Positions 1 through 9,076 of a stretch of 64,000 bases of DNA are shown here, in pieces. The stretch's first letter is position 1; each line of letters opens with the position of its first letter. Source of the stretch: a virus; IMG/VR virus record IMGVR_UViG_3300037235_000042, positions 1-64,000 of that record; one strand, written 5' to 3'. The translations under genes were made by a program, and so were the position numbers. The notes under the pieces were generated by a model. The model did no database searches, was not told the origin of the DNA, and saw nothing but the letters and a program-made list of their open reading frames with translations.

Positions 1-1
1 G

Positions 2-442
2 CGTGAACTGGCGGATTGGTACGAAGAGCATCCAACCGTTCCAGCTCCCTATGCGCTCGAAGGGGAAACGGTTTCCGTTTATCTATTCGGGCACCCGAAT
101 CCTAAGGAAGTTCTACGGGCGATTGGATCGTTCGACAAGAAATTCACTTCCGGAGGAGAACACTTCACCGCTTCGAAACTGGTCGCGGGGAAGACTCTGG
201 AGTTTACCTTTTACCGCGATTCTGTCTGTATTCCGAAGGTCGTCGGAACTCGGTATGTAGAAGAACAGCTCATCCCTGAACAGTATGTTCCATCAAGAGT
301 CATCCCGGCACACGAGGAAGATATTGTCGAATATGACTGTCAGCCTGTGCTCAGGCCTGAGCCTAAGGAAGAGGAAGAATCAGACCAAGAAGTCCGCGTT
401 CCCTCTCATGTCGAAACCGACGCGAAAGGAATCCCTTTTTAA
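2..442 (+). CDS. 5'-truncated hypothetical protein with acidic C-terminus ending GIPF (not in ORF track)
   Basis: Frame 2 is open from the window edge to TAA at 440-442 (RELADWYEEHP...EEEESDQEVRVPSHVETDAKGIPF); more protein-like than the listed 3..260 and 285..482 ORFs. Confidence 0.7.
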   Translation, partial: RELADWYEEHPTVPAPYALEGETVSVYLFGHPNPKEVLRAIGSFDKKFTSGGEHFTASKLVAGKTLEFTFYRDSVCIPKVVGTRYVEEQLIPEQYVPSRVIPAHEEDIVEYDCQPVLRPEPKEEEESDQEVRVPSHVETDAKGIPF

Positions 443-485
443 ATGGCTAAGTATTGAGAGAACAAGCGAAAGGTTTAATTAATTT

Positions 486-1610
486 ATGGCAATTGGAATG
501 AACCGAAGTATCTTGATGTGGGCGGAAAGTGGTGCAGCCAAGACTTCTCAACTGAGTTATCTCTCGCGCCGGATATGGCGAGAACACCACAAACGTACTA
601 GAGTCGTCTCGACTGATGGCGGATCGCTTGACCCGTTGAAGCCTGAGATCGAGATTGGTTTGATCGAACCGTTCGTCGTTCCTCCCATCGACGGGAAAAC
701 AATTGCCCTGATGAGAAAATTATCCACTGGATTTTGGCCAAACATGGACAAGCTGAAAAACGAACACAAGATCGTCCTGCAGGCTCCAACGAACGCAATG
801 TTCAAGGAATTCGGCCTGTTGAGTTTCGATGGCCTGACGTCAACTTCTGACCGGATCTTCCGAGATATGCAACAATCTGGGCTCAGGCTGGGGAAGGACG
901 ACGCTTCAGCTGCACTTGAAGAAACTGTGGAATTCGACGCAATAGCCGGACAGCCTATTCAGCAACAGAAACCAGAAAAGATTTACGCCGCCACGCAGTC
1001 GATGTACATGTTCACCCAGAAAGAAGTAAGGATGCTCGTCGACAACGTTTCAACCTTGCCGTTCGAACGAACCTATTGGACGGCTTTAGAAAGTAAAGGG
1101 GAAGAAGTCGTTGGCCGAGACACGATCTATGGCCCGATGTTGGTAGGATCAGCGGCTACTTCTAAAATTCCGGCTTGGTTCGGAGATTGCTTCCATGCCG
1201 AAGCTATGTATTCGCCAAAGTTAGATCGGGAAAGGAAACAAATCCTGGATCCGATCACGAAAGCTCCAATATTGGTCAAGACAATTCGGGTATATTTCGT
1301 TGATCATCAGGATCCTAAAACAAGTTTCCGGTATAAAGCGAAACCGCGCACGCCACCTCATCTCTATCACAAGCTGGACGAGAAATACCCCGGTGGCTAT
1401 TTCGATCTAACGCCTGATAAGGGGATCGACGAGTTCTTGGATTTCGAAGATAGTTTGTTCGATCAGAGCGGAGAGGATCTGAAGAGGTTGGACTTCGATC
1501 TGGAGAAGTTCCGCGCCGAGATCGGGAGGGATCGCCCGGCTCAGGTAGCGGTTCCTCAGATCCCAGCCAGCAAGCCGGTTGTGACTCTAGGAACGGCTAC
1601 CAAACAGTAG
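486..1610 (+). CDS. AAA_24/Sak4-like P-loop ATPase (recombination/annealing)
   Basis: Walker A-like WAESGAAKTS, Walker B-like LSFDGLT, WTALE and IPAWFGDC segments typical of phage AAA_24 proteins. Confidence 0.7.
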   Translation: MAIGMNRSILMWAESGAAKTSQLSYLSRRIWREHHKRTRVVSTDGGSLDPLKPEIEIGLIEPFVVPPIDGKTIALMRKLSTGFWPNMDKLKNEHKIVLQAPTNAMFKEFGLLSFDGLTSTSDRIFRDMQQSGLRLGKDDASAALEETVEFDAIAGQPIQQQKPEKIYAATQSMYMFTQKEVRMLVDNVSTLPFERTYWTALESKGEEVVGRDTIYGPMLVGSAATSKIPAWFGDCFHAEAMYSPKLDRERKQILDPITKAPILVKTIRVYFVDHQDPKTSFRYKAKPRTPPHLYHKLDEKYPGGYFDLTPDKGIDEFLDFEDSLFDQSGEDLKRLDFDLEKFRAEIGRDRPAQVAVPQIPASKPVVTLGTATKQ

Positions 1611-1620
1611 AAGATTTCTC

Positions 1621-1650
1621 TTGACAAGAGGTTGAGCAGTGGATTAGATT
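1621..1650 (+). promoter_or_regulatory. sigma70-type promoter
   Basis: TTGACA (1621-1626), 18 nt, TAGATT (1645-1650) in the intergenic gap. Confidence 0.65.
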
Positions 1651-1744
1651 AGGGACTTCGATGAGTAAGTGGGTAAAGGTTGACCATCCTAAAATCTCAT
1701 GCGAACGAACTACAAACTTAAACAACGAAAGAGGAGAACACAAA

Positions 1745-2383
1745 ATGTCTAGTGAGGAATTGAAAGCGCCGACGAGCGTTGACATATTTGATCAAAGCTT
1801 AGCTACAGAAGAGATTGAAGTCGACCCGAGTGGCAACGCCTTTTCATACCCGCCGCCCCCACCCGAGTCAGGCAATCCCTATCGGGTGAAGTTGACCCGA
1901 GGCGATAAGGGCTGGCAAAGCTGGCCAGGCAAGAACGGGAAGCCCTCGTATCTGGTGACGGATCTGCGAGCGATAATTGTTGCTCCAGACAATGAAGCCG
2001 TAGATGGAAAGATTTTATTCGACGGCTTTGTGTCGACCATGGTCATGCAACAGACGCGGACGTCGCGGGTTCAGGGTATATTGAAAGCGATCTACGACAC
2101 TCGCGGTCAGGGAGAGAAGGTTCCTCAACATACTTCTCACCGGGAATTAGCTCAGTTGCTGCAAGCGGAGTTCGACAAGGAATCCGAGGTCGGGGTGTGG
2201 ATTCAATGGGAGGCCTACTGCGAGGCCTGTAGCCAGCCGGATAAACGAGTCAACGTCCGAGGCGAGAAGCGTTTCCCGGAGAACGCGGACAAAACCGGCC
2301 ATCTGGGCGAGATGGAACATAAGCAGTGTGGGTCGACTATTTCAGCCCAAGCCAAGATTTCCAGATACGTTCAGTTGACCTAG
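1745..2383 (+). CDS. hypothetical protein, possible ssDNA-binding protein with CxxC...HxxC zinc site
   Basis: GAGGAG RBS before ATG 1745; follows the Sak4-like gene, the usual SSB position; CEAC and HKQC. Confidence 0.5.
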   Translation: MSSEELKAPTSVDIFDQSLATEEIEVDPSGNAFSYPPPPPESGNPYRVKLTRGDKGWQSWPGKNGKPSYLVTDLRAIIVAPDNEAVDGKILFDGFVSTMVMQQTRTSRVQGILKAIYDTRGQGEKVPQHTSHRELAQLLQAEFDKESEVGVWIQWEAYCEACSQPDKRVNVRGEKRFPENADKTGHLGEMEHKQCGSTISAQAKISRYVQLT

Positions 2384-2417
2384 TCGACCGTTGACAGTCG
2401 ACCTCAGGGAATAACCT

Positions 2418-2660
2418 ATGCCCAAAACCAAGCCGACCCTCGAACAGATTCAGCAGATCGTTGAGGAAGTTCTGGGGGTCGACGCTCAGCAGGTGGTTCC
2501 TGAAGCCAAGCTGATCGAGGACTTGGGCGCGGATTCGCTCGATATCGTCGAGTTAGTTGTCAAGCTGGAGGATCAATTCCAGATCGAGATCGAAGACGAC
2601 GAACTGGACGGGATGACCACGGTAGGGAAGGTTCTGGAGTTTATCCAAGCCAAGGCTTAG
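2418..2660 (+). CDS. acpP: acyl carrier protein
   Basis: 80 aa, acidic, DLGADSLDIVELV phosphopantetheine-attachment motif, FQIEIEDDE..TTVG. Confidence 0.93.
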   Translation: MPKTKPTLEQIQQIVEEVLGVDAQQVVPEAKLIEDLGADSLDIVELVVKLEDQFQIEIEDDELDGMTTVGKVLEFIQAKA

Positions 2661-2680
2661 AAGGGAGGTTAAGGTTAAAT

Positions 2681-2941
2681 ATGCCCAAGAGGGATTCAGC
2701 AGAGGCCAAGGTAGTTCAGTATTTTTCGACGGCTCCATATGGGATCGCGGAGACGGTGTTCGGGATCTGCAAGGGAGTTATGAAGTCTCGGGCCGGAGAT
2801 CAGTTGCCCAGTGGGACAGCCGGTTCAACTCAGCCGAAGCCGAGGAAGACCCGGACCAAGAAGATCAAAGGGACTGGAGCGACGGCTGGAGCTGGAACAT
2901 CGACCAGCTTCCCAGGCTCAGACGTTGGAACGGCGGCTTAG
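2681..2941 (+). CDS. hypothetical protein
   Basis: GGAGG RBS, in operon order. Confidence 0.6.
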   Translation: MPKRDSAEAKVVQYFSTAPYGIAETVFGICKGVMKSRAGDQLPSGTAGSTQPKPRKTRTKKIKGTGATAGAGTSTSFPGSDVGTAA

Positions 2942-2961
2942 AAGTTTAGAAGTTTAGAAGT
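2938..2961. repeat. short tandem repeat (TTAGAAGT)x3
   Basis: ttagaagt ttagaagt ttagaagt overlapping the stop of the preceding gene. Confidence 0.7.
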
Positions 2962-3086
2962 TCTTGAATTCTCGTCTCTAAATGCCATCGGGGACATGAG
3001 AACGTCGTAGACTGATACGAGGGACGACGTAAATATATGGATCGCGTATCCGGGCACCGCAGCCGTTCCCACTGCGGTTTCTTAAC

Positions 3087-3392
3087 ATGAGGTCAACCAT
3101 GCACTGGAAGCAACGTTTAGGCAAGGAAATCCGGGAGCTGGAGAAGCTCGACCAGACTCCGGGGATTAGGACGAAAATCGCCCGGCTGAAGAAGAAGATG
3201 ATCTCCAACCACAAAGGGACCAATCAACAGTCCAAGAAGAAAAGATGTCCTAAGGGTCACAGATACACGAAGGAGAACACTTACTTCTTGAAGTCCGGCG
3301 CGAGGCGGTGCAAGACCTGTCATCGGGCGGCGAGCATGCGGTCGTATGTGAAGGCGCGGAAGAGGTTGAAGCCAGGGAAGACAGCGGCTTAG
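3087..3392 (+). CDS. basic protein with stand-alone CxxGH..ENTY..CxxC zinc domain (usually C-terminal to phage HNH nucleases)
   Basis: CPKGHRYTKENTY...RRCKTC; no HNH core visible. Confidence 0.6.
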   Translation: MRSTMHWKQRLGKEIRELEKLDQTPGIRTKIARLKKKMISNHKGTNQQSKKKRCPKGHRYTKENTYFLKSGARRCKTCHRAASMRSYVKARKRLKPGKTAA

Positions 3393-3413
3393 TCTTAGCG
3401 AAGGAGATCAAAT

Positions 3414-3713
3414 ATGAAACGTGTCATCCCTCCAACCAAGACGCTAACGGATCGGCAGAAATATCTGCTGCAAAGGATCCCGAACAAGTGGGACTTAAAC
3501 GGTTACCACGCAGAGAAAGAACCCATCGAGGTATCCCGAGCCCGGAAACTGGTAGCACGATACGACAAGGCCGAGAGCCGGAGACAGTGTGCTGCTGCCA
3601 AGCGCAATGAAGCTTTGCTGCGAAAGGCCAAGGAAGCCGTGTATTTCCACTCAGAGACTAAAGCCTTGGCGATTGTGCAGCAGGTTGAGAAATTGCTCAA
3701 AGCCTGTGATTGA
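3414..3713 (+). CDS. hypothetical protein
   Basis: AAGGAG RBS, operon order. Confidence 0.65.
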   Translation: MKRVIPPTKTLTDRQKYLLQRIPNKWDLNGYHAEKEPIEVSRARKLVARYDKAESRRQCAAAKRNEALLRKAKEAVYFHSETKALAIVQQVEKLLKACD

Positions 3714-3735
3714 CCTGTGATTGAGAGGATTAGGA

Positions 3736-5142
3736 ATGCCCGAACTTAACGATCTCGACGGCTCGTTCATCGATCAGGAGATTGATCTCGGGGAAGAGGT
3801 TGAGGTTCGGGAGCCGTACTGCGAGTTTCTAACCGGGTCCAGCGGTTCGGGAAAGACGTTCGAGATCAAGCGTCGGGTAGAACTCGATCATTCCTACGGC
3901 ACGGTTGGTAGTACGACCGGCGTGAGCGCCGTGAACCTAAACACCCGGACGATCCATTCCATCCTAGGCTACTTCAACACTGCATCTCTAGAAGATAACT
4001 TCCGCATGGGCTATCTTCAAGCCCGGTTGCGTAAACTCGCAATGGAAGACGGCTATCGCAACATAGTGATCGACGAAGTGAGCATGCTTCCTTCGGCTCA
4101 GCTGACGGTCATCTACGAAGCGGTCAAAGAAGTTAACGCTTACAAAACGATGCAGGCTGAAGGTCGCCAGTTGGGCATTGTACTAACCGGGGACTTCATG
4201 CAGCTCCCGGCTGTTTCAGAAGACGGTTCTAAGACCTGTGACTACGCGTTCCTTTCCCAGTATTGGCCAAGCTTCCAAGCCAACACAACGAGGTTAACTA
4301 AAATCTGGCGACAGGATAACTTGGAATTCGTAAACGCCCTTAACCTGCTTCGAGCCGGTAAAGGGGCTGAAGCTGCAGATCTCCTACGAACGATGACTCG
4401 GTTCCAGCCCAATGTCGATCCTAGATTCGATGGGACGACTATTCTGTCGACCAACAAAGAAGTCGAACGAGCGAACACTCTTCGTTTGATTCAAGTAAAA
4501 GGCCGTCCAGTAGTGGTCAGTTCCCGGCGCTGGGGGAAGCCTTCAGGGGAATGGAAGCTTATTCCGGACCAGCTTCAATTGAAGATCGGCGCTTTGGTTA
4601 TGATCTTGGCGAATGCTCGTTCTGGCGCAACCGGGCAGTTCGAGTATGTCAATGGCGATCTTGGGCATATTGTGGACTTCACCGGGGATGATGTCAACCG
4701 TCAGACTTTTCAGGTGAAGCTTCTACGGAACGAACGGATCGTCAACATTGGCAAGATTCACCGAACCACGACGACCAAGGACGAACCTGAAGAAGTCCGC
4801 TTAGGTAAGATCAGGGTTGAGGATATCCCAACCTGTGCGCCACCGGTTGAGCCTCCACCGTTCGGGCAGATATCACTTGAGCTGGAACGAGGCACGTATC
4901 ATGTAGGCGGGATCGAATATTTTCCACTGAGGATAGGGTTCGCCGCTACCGTGTTCAAGGTTCAAGGATTAACCTTGGATAAAGTTCAGATCGACTATCG
5001 TGGGGCGTGGTTTGGCCATCCTGGATCTCTGTACGTAGCACTTTCTAGGTGTAAGACTCCAGAAGGATTAAGGTTGGTTGGTTTGCCAGATGTGTTTGTG
5101 AAACGATGTAAGACCGATCCACAGGTGTTGCCGTGGCTATGA
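3736..5142 (+). CDS. Pif1/RecD-family SF1B DNA helicase
   Basis: GSSGSGKT, IVIDEVSML, GDFMQLPAV, LTKIWRQ, FPLRIGFAATVFKVQGLTLD, YVALSR. Confidence 0.92.
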   Translation: MPELNDLDGSFIDQEIDLGEEVEVREPYCEFLTGSSGSGKTFEIKRRVELDHSYGTVGSTTGVSAVNLNTRTIHSILGYFNTASLEDNFRMGYLQARLRKLAMEDGYRNIVIDEVSMLPSAQLTVIYEAVKEVNAYKTMQAEGRQLGIVLTGDFMQLPAVSEDGSKTCDYAFLSQYWPSFQANTTRLTKIWRQDNLEFVNALNLLRAGKGAEAADLLRTMTRFQPNVDPRFDGTTILSTNKEVERANTLRLIQVKGRPVVVSSRRWGKPSGEWKLIPDQLQLKIGALVMILANARSGATGQFEYVNGDLGHIVDFTGDDVNRQTFQVKLLRNERIVNIGKIHRTTTTKDEPEEVRLGKIRVEDIPTCAPPVEPPPFGQISLELERGTYHVGGIEYFPLRIGFAATVFKVQGLTLDKVQIDYRGAWFGHPGSLYVALSRCKTPEGLRLVGLPDVFVKRCKTDPQVLPWL

Positions 5143-5312
5143 TCCAGCTCTGGATCGAAATCCGCGACCGGGAGGATAACCTCCGTCTGGAATGGCTGCT
5201 ACGTGAAGGGGGATTCGCGTTCTACGACCCTTCCGTGGCGAGTAGTGAAACGTTTGATGAACTGGAAACGAGGTTAACCCGTGGCGTTAAGACAACAGTT
5301 GAAAATAGCTAA
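5139..5312 (+). CDS. small hypothetical protein (57 aa, not in ORF track)
   Basis: ATGA overlap with the helicase stop; MIQLWIEIRDRED... Confidence 0.45.
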   Translation: MIQLWIEIRDREDNLRLEWLLREGGFAFYDPSVASSETFDELETRLTRGVKTTVENS

Positions 5313-5481
5313 ACAGTTACATCGGCTGGCTGAGCAGGCGTTCCTGCGAGCAAAGGAGATCAGACGAGCGGCGAGGATTCTTGAAGGGAAGCCGGGACGG
5401 AAGCAGACAGTCAAACGGAAACGGAAGTTGAAGCTTCGTCGAGCCACCCTTGGATTGACGCTGAAACAGCGTTCGGGGTGA
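5281..5481 (+). CDS. small basic hypothetical protein
   Basis: GAGG RBS before GTG; K/R-rich. Confidence 0.45.
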   Translation: MALRQQLKIAKQLHRLAEQAFLRAKEIRRAARILEGKPGRKQTVKRKRKLKLRRATLGLTLKQRSG

Positions 5482-5544
5482 GCGTCGAGGTGATCGTGGA
5501 CGGTATTGTTTTGTTATATAGAACTACTTACTAGGAGGACAGTC

Positions 5545-5940
5545 TTGAAAGAACGGATAGAACAGATTGCCAAAGTCTGCCATGAAGCCAACCGGGCCTA
5601 CTGTTCGACGCTTGGTGATGATAGTCAACCAATTTGGGAGAACGCCCCGGATTGGCAACTGGCTTCGGCGATCAAGGGAGTTGAGTTTCATATCGATCAT
5701 TTGAAGAAGGGGTCTGAACCTAGTCCTTCAGCTAGTCATGATTCGTGGCTGAAACAGAAACAGGAAGAAGGCTGGACTTATGGACTGGTGAAGGATCCGG
5801 AGAAGAAAGAACATCCTTGTGTGATGCCTTACGGGGAACTGCCGGTCGAACAGAGGTTGAAGGATTATATATTCGCGGCGATTGTGAAGGCTTTTTGGGA
5901 AGCTCAGACTACGGAAGTTGCTCAAGCGTTGACAGACTAA
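5545..5940 (+). CDS. RyR-domain protein
   Basis: AGGAGG before TTG 5545; SHDSW..K..EGWTYG..KD..KKEHPC..PY.ELP...KD signature. Confidence 0.88.
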   Translation: MKERIEQIAKVCHEANRAYCSTLGDDSQPIWENAPDWQLASAIKGVEFHIDHLKKGSEPSPSASHDSWLKQKQEEGWTYGLVKDPEKKEHPCVMPYGELPVEQRLKDYIFAAIVKAFWEAQTTEVAQALTD

Positions 5941-5951
5941 CCGAACGAGAC

Positions 5952-6353
5952 ATGAGAATTCCTGTAATCTCGTTGTGGATGCCATGGGCGAACTGGGTCA
6001 TGCTTGGATGGAAGAGAATTGAGACTCGACTACATCCTCGGTTGGCCAGTCTACAGGGGAAGGTGGTAGGAATCCATGCTACGCAACATTGGGATTCCGG
6101 GGCGATTGATCTCGCCCACAGATATCTAACCGAGGAACAGCGCCTGAAGACTTCACGATTCCTGGGGATCGGCGGTTGCATTCTCGGGACGGTACAAGCG
6201 CTTGAGCATAGGTCGTTAGGACGGAGCGATTCTCAATATGCCTTGATTGATTGTGAGTCGACCAAGCGGTGGGGACTAGACCTAGCCAATCCGAAGGTTA
6301 TAGAAGCGATCCCGGTGAGGGGGAAACAGGGGATCTGGTATTACGAGGTTTGA
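5952..6353 (+). CDS. ASCH-domain protein
   Basis: ISLWMPWA....G.KRIETR, GIHA, G.ILG.V, PVRGKQGIW. Confidence 0.88.
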   Translation: MRIPVISLWMPWANWVMLGWKRIETRLHPRLASLQGKVVGIHATQHWDSGAIDLAHRYLTEEQRLKTSRFLGIGGCILGTVQALEHRSLGRSDSQYALIDCESTKRWGLDLANPKVIEAIPVRGKQGIWYYEV

Positions 6354-6371
6354 GACGATTATGGAACTTAT

Positions 6372-6767
6372 ATGATGAAGAGACATTTTATAACTTTCTT
6401 GTCTCCGGGGACGTTCGTGGCGGAGAGTACCACCAAGCCTATTGACTCTTGGTCGGTTGAGAAAGCCGTGAAAATGGCTAAGTCGATTAAGGAACGCTAC
6501 AACGCGACTCCTTACGGATTCTACTTCACTACTCGGTCTCGTAAGAAAGATGAACTGGATTCTTCCGTAGAGAAGACCAGTCCTACTTACTACCTTCCCC
6601 ATTGTCGGGTCGAGACCATTGAAGATGTGCGGGAGCGCAACGATCCCAAGGAGAGAATTCTTTTGTCCAACATGGAATGTAACCACTACGACAGGATTGT
6701 TAGGACTACCAAGGGTTGGCTGTGGACGCAACCGTTGAACGAAGAGGATGTGGTTCTTGAGGCTTGA
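6372..6767 (+). CDS. hypothetical phage protein
   Basis: 131 aa ORF in operon order. Confidence 0.65.
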   Translation: MMKRHFITFLSPGTFVAESTTKPIDSWSVEKAVKMAKSIKERYNATPYGFYFTTRSRKKDELDSSVEKTSPTYYLPHCRVETIEDVRERNDPKERILLSNMECNHYDRIVRTTKGWLWTQPLNEEDVVLEA

Positions 6768-7085
6768 ATGAGAAGGTTGCTGATCCTGTTAGGCCTGACC
6801 GGAATTCTGACTGTAATCCTTCCTGTTGCAGCCGGTCAATCGGTCAAGGTAACTTGGGACGCTCCCTCAGGCCGTCAGGTGAGCGGGTATATCATCTTCC
6901 GCCGGGCCGAGTGGGAGAAGGAGTTCGAGTGGCTCGCGGCGGTCAAGGGATCGAGCTATGTGGATGTGGCAGTCCGGCCAGGGGAGACCTACTACTACGT
7001 GGTCAGGAGTTACGATAGCCGGACCAATCAGGAGTCGAAGGATTCGCCGGTGATGAAGGTTCAGGTGCCCAAGGAGGGGAGATAG
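6768..7085 (+). CDS. secreted fibronectin type III-domain protein
   Basis: Signal peptide (..PVAAG/Q); VTWDAP, GYIIFR, SYVD..V.PGETYYYVVRSYD, ES.DS. Confidence 0.8.
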   Translation: MRRLLILLGLTGILTVILPVAAGQSVKVTWDAPSGRQVSGYIIFRRAEWEKEFEWLAAVKGSSYVDVAVRPGETYYYVVRSYDSRTNQESKDSPVMKVQVPKEGR

Positions 7086-7091
7086 TCGATT

Positions 7092-7586
7092 ATGCGACCA
7101 CCGGATCTACATGACAAAGCCTCAGCGTGGATCATCCCTATCGACCGTTCCCGGAAAGACTGGACCCCGGACTGGGACGGAACTTTATGTCTCTATCTGC
7201 TCCAGTGCAAATGGGCTCATCCGTTCTGGTCGTGGTATCACATCACCGGAATCCATCTGCGGGATATTCCTGGGGTGAAACCGGCTCATCGTCAATTCCC
7301 TGAAGCCGGGCATGAGATTGTGATTATGTCCCTTAACCCGAAGACTGAGCATGATCCGGATAAGCTATCGACCGGGGAACAGTCTCTGGAATATCTGCTT
7401 CCATTGGATCTCGAACACCAAGTCGCCGGGCTGAGCGACGAACAATTCAAGGGACTGGTACAGGATGTCGTAGTAGCAGTGGTTGAGGGGAGGATGTCGC
7501 CGGATCAGGATTACAGGCAATGGTGGAAGCAGGCGATTGATCAGACGGCGGAACATATCCGGGAAGGGAGACATAAGGTTCAATGA
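7092..7586 (+). CDS. hypothetical phage protein
   Basis: 164 aa, RBS, coupled to next gene. Confidence 0.65.
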   Translation: MRPPDLHDKASAWIIPIDRSRKDWTPDWDGTLCLYLLQCKWAHPFWSWYHITGIHLRDIPGVKPAHRQFPEAGHEIVIMSLNPKTEHDPDKLSTGEQSLEYLLPLDLEHQVAGLSDEQFKGLVQDVVVAVVEGRMSPDQDYRQWWKQAIDQTAEHIREGRHKVQ

Positions 7587-8125
7587 CTGATACAACAGGC
7601 GGATTCTTGGAAGTTGGCTGCAATGAACAAGACGAGATCGTCATAAACCATCCTGACCTAAAGCCGGACGATAATGGAGTCGGCCACATTGTGTTTTCTC
7701 CTCAGCAGGCTCGGAACCTAGCGCAATTGTTACTAGACAATGCAGCTAGAGCCGAACGAGAGATCCATCGTAAGCAGGAGGAAGAACGGATCAAGTCTAT
7801 CCCGCCGGTTGATCGATCTAAACGTTGCATGACTTCTGGTCGGCCTGAAGCTCCCGATCATCGTGAGATTGATCCTGAGACGGGCATGCAGAAGGATTAT
7901 GTCGTGTTGTGCCCCGATGAGAGGAAGAAGGGATTTGTCAGGCCAGTGAGACGGACCTACTTACATCTAACCTGTGGGACGACGACCACGATGGGACTGG
8001 CGCTCGCGGAAACTTACGCCAGGGATCCCTACTTCTATCAAGGAACGTTCTGTTGTGCTTGTCACGCACATTTCCCGTTAGATCAGTTCGTATGGGACGG
8101 GACACAGGAGGTTCTTGGATCTTAA
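7583..8125 (+). CDS. conserved phage protein with C-terminal zinc ribbon
   Basis: YVVL..ERKKGFVRPVR..YLHLTCG...AETYARDP.FY..TFCCAC. Confidence 0.7.
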   Translation: MTDTTGGFLEVGCNEQDEIVINHPDLKPDDNGVGHIVFSPQQARNLAQLLLDNAARAEREIHRKQEEERIKSIPPVDRSKRCMTSGRPEAPDHREIDPETGMQKDYVVLCPDERKKGFVRPVRRTYLHLTCGTTTTMGLALAETYARDPYFYQGTFCCACHAHFPLDQFVWDGTQEVLGS

Positions 8126-8265
8126 TGTCAGACTATAATCGATCCTCCTCCTACCCGATCCTCGACTGGATCGCTGAACACTGGTTGCTGACGGTCGTAC
8201 TGACAGTGGTAGTGTTCGACGGGACGGCAGAGATTATCCGGGCGTTGGTGGGGTGTAGGCCATGA
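8125..8265 (+). CDS. small membrane protein
   Basis: TAATG coupling; hydrophobic WLLTVVLTVVVF. Confidence 0.45.
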   Translation: MSDYNRSSSYPILDWIAEHWLLTVVLTVVVFDGTAEIIRALVGCRP

Positions 8266-8465
8266 AAGTCACCTTCCGTCTCAGCACCCGATGGACGTGG
8301 TATTTCTGGTTCTTCCTCTACATCGGGATCAGGTTGGTTGAGACTGTCCGGCATATATTCAAGCATATCTGCTGGCTGCAGGAAGCCGAGGATGGTGGGG
8401 CGTTCTGTATGTTGTGTGGATGTTCGTTCCGGTTGCATAAGGGGTGTAAACGGGCTTTGCGGTGA
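8262..8465 (+). CDS. small hydrophobic Cys-containing protein
   Basis: ATGA/GTGA overlaps at both ends. Confidence 0.45.
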   Translation: MKVTFRLSTRWTWYFWFFLYIGIRLVETVRHIFKHICWLQEAEDGGAFCMLCGCSFRLHKGCKRALR

Positions 8466-9070
8466 AGGAGACTCAGATTATGTATATGAATATGAAATTA
8501 TTCGCGATCTTATTGTTCTTCGCTACGTTAACCTCAGCTCAATCCATCCCCGTAGTCCCGCTCTCCTCGACCGACGTCGCCAAGATTAAACAGGTCCATC
8601 AGGCCATGCTGGACGCGGAGCGGGCTTGGGCTGATTTACAGAAAGAGATCGAGAGAAAATATCTAATCGTCGATAAAGGCGATCCGGAAGCTGGGGAGGG
8701 GAAGTGGTATCCAGAGGACAAGACTGGAGGGACATTAACGTGGACGTCCTCCTCCGGGGGTATAATAGCTGCTTTCTCTGCCGAGTCTAATTGTGAAACT
8801 CCTGAACAGAAGAAAGCCCGAGCAGCCAGAGAAGCTCAAGCCCAGAAGGATCGGGAACGGTTTGAACAAGAACTGGAACGTAAATCTCGCCGTATCCGCA
8901 GGGGCTGGGAACAGTGTCCGAACTGTGTAGGCTCAGGGACGGTTAGGGCATTCGACTACAGTCAGGATTGGAAATATCTTGTGCCCAAGCCTGAAGTGAC
9001 GCCGGAGTCGAATTCTCATCAAGGTTGGTCGTGGCAGACGTGGCCGCCGGTTACACTTAATTCCAACTAG
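8462..9070 (+). CDS. putative secreted protein
   Basis: MKLFAILLFFATLTSA/Q signal peptide (true start probably a downstream Met). Confidence 0.6.
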   Translation: MKETQIMYMNMKLFAILLFFATLTSAQSIPVVPLSSTDVAKIKQVHQAMLDAERAWADLQKEIERKYLIVDKGDPEAGEGKWYPEDKTGGTLTWTSSSGGIIAAFSAESNCETPEQKKARAAREAQAQKDRERFEQELERKSRRIRRGWEQCPNCVGSGTVRAFDYSQDWKYLVPKPEVTPESNSHQGWSWQTWPPVTLNSN

Positions 9071-9076
9071 ATTTCT

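Noticed and set aside
3-482. ORF-track ORFs 3..260 and 285..482
   Set aside because: Shadows of the continuous frame-2 gene ending at 442
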